A stretch of DNA of 64,000 nt from Octopus vulgaris (lineage: Eukaryota), in assembly GCA_951406725.2 (NCBI GenBank), contig OX597814.1, positions 62,062,001-62,126,000 of the forward strand. The letters are read 5' to 3'. This document shows positions 61,263 through 64,000 of the stretch, in pieces. The notes under the pieces are model-generated. The model had not been told where the DNA came from and did not search any database. It saw nothing but the letters and a program-made list of their open reading frames with translations. Both the position numbers and the translations under genes were made by a program. Numbering within the stretch: position 1 is the first letter of the stretch; every line of letters begins with the position of its first letter.

Positions 61263-62799
61263 ACTTAAATAACAGTAAGGGAAGTAACTGAAAGAAATCA
61301 AGTCCCTTAACTTTGTTGAATTTTCACCTTTAATTCTGACTGTGTGCAATTACGTACGTACATAGAGAGCAAAAATAAAGAAACACACAAAGAACAACAA
61401 ACGGTGTATTTGGTTGACCCTCTAGAAAAAGGGAAGAAGTCTTTAACGTTTTGAGCCAACGCTCTTCTCAGAAAGAATAGATTAGGAGAGAGACGTGTCT
61501 GAGATAAACGGTCGAGGTATGACATGCACACATACATGCATGCATGCATGCATGCATACATACATACATGCATGCATGCATACATACATGCATACGGCTT
61601 ATATACAAATGCATGTCCATCCAACACACCAATTTTGTTTCTTATAACTTTCAGAAAATGGACACTTTTTTAATGAATTTTCTACAATACCTTTCAGATG
61701 ATGTACATACCGATTATAAGGGAATTTGTTGTGAAATAGTTTTACAGAGGAAGTAGGGAAGTTTCGGATAATTGACACGAATCGATTTTGTTTCCTCATA
61801 TATTTCAGAAAAATGAGTAATGTGGGGCAAAATGGGTAGTTTCTGTTTTTTTTTTTTTTGTTTTTTTTTTCATTTATTTTGTTTTTATCTGCTTTAAATT
61901 ATTATATTACAATTATCGCAGCATCTTTGGGAGTAAAAATTGGTCAGTATAGTCATTGTTGACGAAATTGAGAGAGTTTGGACTAGTCAGTTGACAAGTA
62001 CATTCTTTCAAGAAATTTTTCTACTTTGACCCGGCTGTAATTGAAGCTGCTAATAAACTCTCTAGATAGTTTTTGGTGTTTAACAATCAATATTCTTTTC
62101 TCTGTCAATTTTTTTATCACCATAATGTCCATAATTTTCAATTTTCAAAAAATTACGTCTAAATTGGGGCAAAATGAGTAATGACTAATTTCAATAATTT
62201 CTTCCCTTGAACTGCATAATGCGTGGATATATTGAGAAGAGAGTCACTGCAGCAAATCGTAAAGAAACTATAGAGAATATTTCACGTTGCGTATTTAGAT
62301 TTAGTCGTGTTTCGTTAATTTCATATCATGCCATTTTTCCATTTTTCCTCTTTCATTTGATATAGATTAAAAAAAGAAATTGATGCATTTCTGATGTCTA
62401 AAAACGGATATTGATGTACAGCATTTGTTGCTGTTTTTTTTTTTTTGTTGTTTTTTTCTTATTAATAGTTCGATTACTATGATTTGAGGATATTTATCAT
62501 CATTTTGCTAACTTACTTTATTCATCAAGTTACAGCAAAAAGCAGCCTAGCTTTCAAATAGAGATTGAAGCCATCTTTCTGTCAGTTCTTTGACCCCATG
62601 CTGATACCAGTTCTTGTCCTTCCAGGCAAAGAACTCCTTCACTGAAGCTTGCACCTTCACTTGGTTCATGAAGCTTCAACTTCCTCTTACTGCATGTACT
62701 TTATATGCACTTTCTGACAAGTTGTGGTACACCTGAGCACTATATACAATAATTTCATTATTATATTATTTTAAAGTGAGCCATGGATTATTATTTGTT

Positions 62800-63725
62800 C
62801 CGATCAATGGCTCACTTCCTACACACGTGGTGCCTCAACGATGAGGAGGTGAAAGCGTTAATGAAGGAGTTCAATGATTAGTATGGTGTGTAACGCCACC
62901 ACCAGTGGCCAAGTTGTCACTCATCTGTCTTGCTTTATGACTACGAAGATGACTCTTGAGTTCAGCTTTACTGAGGCAGAGTCTTGCACAGACATTGCAT
63001 GTCAGTATCATAGGAAGCCCCTTCCCATCTGGAAGTGTAACGGCGATGCCCTTCCTGACATCCCTCCTTACTTTCTCATGCGCAACTCGAGATTTCCCAA
63101 AAGTAGCTGTTCCCTCGTGCACAATCCTTCTCCACCTGCTACGATCAATAGCTATGCCTTCCTATGTGTCAGGAGAGATGCAAGCAAGTCTTAAGGAAGC
63201 CTTCAGCAAGTCTTCATACCTCTTTTTTGGTTTATGTGGGGGTCATTCTCCTTCAGCTAATTCTCCATAAATAAGTTGTTTTGGCATCCTTGAATCCTTC
63301 ATCCTGACCAGATGACCACTCCATCTGAGCCTTTGCTTTAACACAAGAGCTTCTATACTTTCGCACCGAGAGCCTTCCAATATTTCAAGATCACTGATGC
63401 GGTCATCCCACTTAATGCCATAGATCCGTCTGAGACACATCTGATAGAAACGTTCCAGTTGTTTAAGTTGGTATTGATATGTGACCCACGTCTCGCAGGC
63501 ATAGAGAAGAGAAGGGAGCACACATGCCTTGTACACCTTTACCTTTGTCTTTCTGCATATGTCTCGCCGACTCTAGAGGCGCCTTTCTAGTCTTCAAAAA
63601 GCATCACTTGCTTTCCTAATTCTGTATGGAATTTCATCATCCAAATTGCTATATCTATTAACAGTGCTTTCTAGGTTGACAAACTTATCAACTACATCAA
63701 GTCGTTTACCATACACATAGATATT
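62800..63725 (-). mobile_element. RTE/BovB-like LINE 3' fragment with C-terminal C2H2 finger
   Basis: YKACVLPSLLYACETW..RLRWSGHLVRMKDSRMPKQLIYGEL; CNVCARLCLSKAELKSHLRSH. Confidence 0.9.
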
Positions 63726-64000
63726 TGGTACAGTATACTGCTTACCAGGGCTTACCACTTATGTACATACATACATACATACATACATACATACATACAT
63801 ACATACATACATACATACATACATACATACATGTATATACGTGTGTGATCTACTTATATAGAATTTTGGTTTCTCTAATTCGTTTTTCTTTTCTTTTTTA
63901 TTGGCGATAGAATCATTAAACTTTTTGTTGTCACTGTGCACAAAAGCCATATCTTGTGCAAAGTATGTGCACACCGAATACTTGCTTATGTTAAATGTAA

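Noticed and set aside
61750-62200. Repeated GGGGCAAAATG(G/A)GTA motifs suggesting a DNA transposon end
   Set aside because: No matching inverted terminus or TSD could be identified
43080-63974. Many low-complexity ORFs (poly-I, poly-Y, MYVC, HT, ER repeats)
   Set aside because: Translations of microsatellites

Overview
Eukaryotic, AT-rich, repeat-dense animal DNA, most likely a coleoid cephalopod (Octopus-like, judged from its SINE/LINE families; inference). It holds three intron-containing genes: the last two coding exons of POLR1H/RPA12 (+), a complete 5-exon SEC22B (+, 217 aa) and, convergent to it, a complete 12-exon ODAD3/CCDC151 (-, 549 aa). Introns are filled with tRNA-derived SINEs, RTE, R4/Dong and CR1 LINE fragments, a decayed Tc1 element, MITEs and microsatellites. 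Two things stand out. (1) About six sequence-distinct families of small, mostly fold-back, non-coding insertions carry minimal type-I hammerhead-ribozyme motifs of the Penelope-associated kind. Their cores co-vary at the 3-8 pair (C-G, U-A, G-C), and one family couples a tRNA-like Pol III head to the ribozyme in head-to-head palindromes. (2) ODAD3 intron 5 begins with ATAAGT instead of GTAAGT at the homology-predicted junction. All calls were read by eye. Comparisons to human proteins are from memory and no searches were run. Most entries in the ORF track are spurious repeat or microsatellite ORFs.
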